From Tubiluchus corallicola (Eukaryota > Animalia > Priapulida), in NCBI GenBank assembly GCA_030141605.1, contig JAQGDQ010000023.1:1-64000 (forward strand): a DNA stretch of 64,000 bases, in the 5' to 3' direction. The notes beneath the pieces were generated by a model, which searched no databases, was not told where the DNA came from, and saw only the letters and a program-made list of their open reading frames with translations. A program made the position numbers and the translations under genes. Below, piece by piece: positions 63,355 to 64,000 of the stretch (position 1 is the stretch's first letter; every line of letters begins with the position of its first letter).

Positions 63355-64000
63355 TTCATGAATTTAAATTTTAGTGATTTCAAACGAACAACAAACAAAT
63401 CTCTTTGAAAATTATCTTTTTGGTTATTACCGAAGTGCTTGTTATCAAATTAATAACAAGTATTTTGGTACTAATTTAAAAGATAATTTTCAAAGAGATT
63501 TGCTTGCTATTTGGTTGAAATCACTAAAATTCATGAATAAAATCATGTTTCAAACAAAAATCAAGAATTCGTTGAACAAAAGTGCAGTTGTTCTTCCGTA
63601 ATAACTAGTTCCCTTCATGGTATGTAGTAACTACGCGCTTTTCAAATAGGTATTGCACATTTGGATACCAAACTTAGTAAATAATATTGTTTGCATTTCT
63701 ACTTACAATAAAATTAGTAATACAATAGTAAAGGCTACAAAATATCCATATAGCTCCATACAAATGTCTGAAATAACTGCAAACAAGTAGTTACAGTTTA
63801 GTTAATTTCGTAGCAGAAATAACAGTAAAAAGTGACTTACTAAGTACTCAATAAATTTACTTGGTTGGAACGATTGCGCACAGACCAACAAGCTTAATCT
63901 TAGTCTTCCCAAATGTGTAATTCAAGTGACACAAAAAAGATTTGCATGTCATTCAGTAAGGTACTAAAAATTTTCCATTTTAGTACCTTATATTGTGTAA

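Overview
This is AT-rich, intron-containing animal (invertebrate-like) genomic DNA, not prokaryotic. Manual exon assembly gives four spliced genes: (1) an SRSF3/SRSF7-family SR splicing factor (+, 11877-17294, about 179 aa) with an unusual N-terminal RS tract; (2) COMMD9 (+, 20104-26620), which needs a GC-AG intron; (3) an AKT1S1/PRAS40 (Lobe-like) mTORC1 regulator (-, 40963-30927, about 402 aa) with a Cys-rich N-terminal extension; (4) an MFSD14/HIAT1 transporter (+, to 62154) with two candidate first coding exons. The rest is mostly decayed LINE and LTR fragments, MITEs with readable TIRs and TSDs, and simple repeats. The most notable signals are in the SR gene: a candidate NMD poison exon after the Zn-knuckle exon, and a ~470 bp palindrome in its last intron whose arms each carry a minimal Penelope-type hammerhead ribozyme motif (sense copy nearly intact, antisense copy core-mutated). 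All homology calls come from recognising motifs by eye; no database searches were run.
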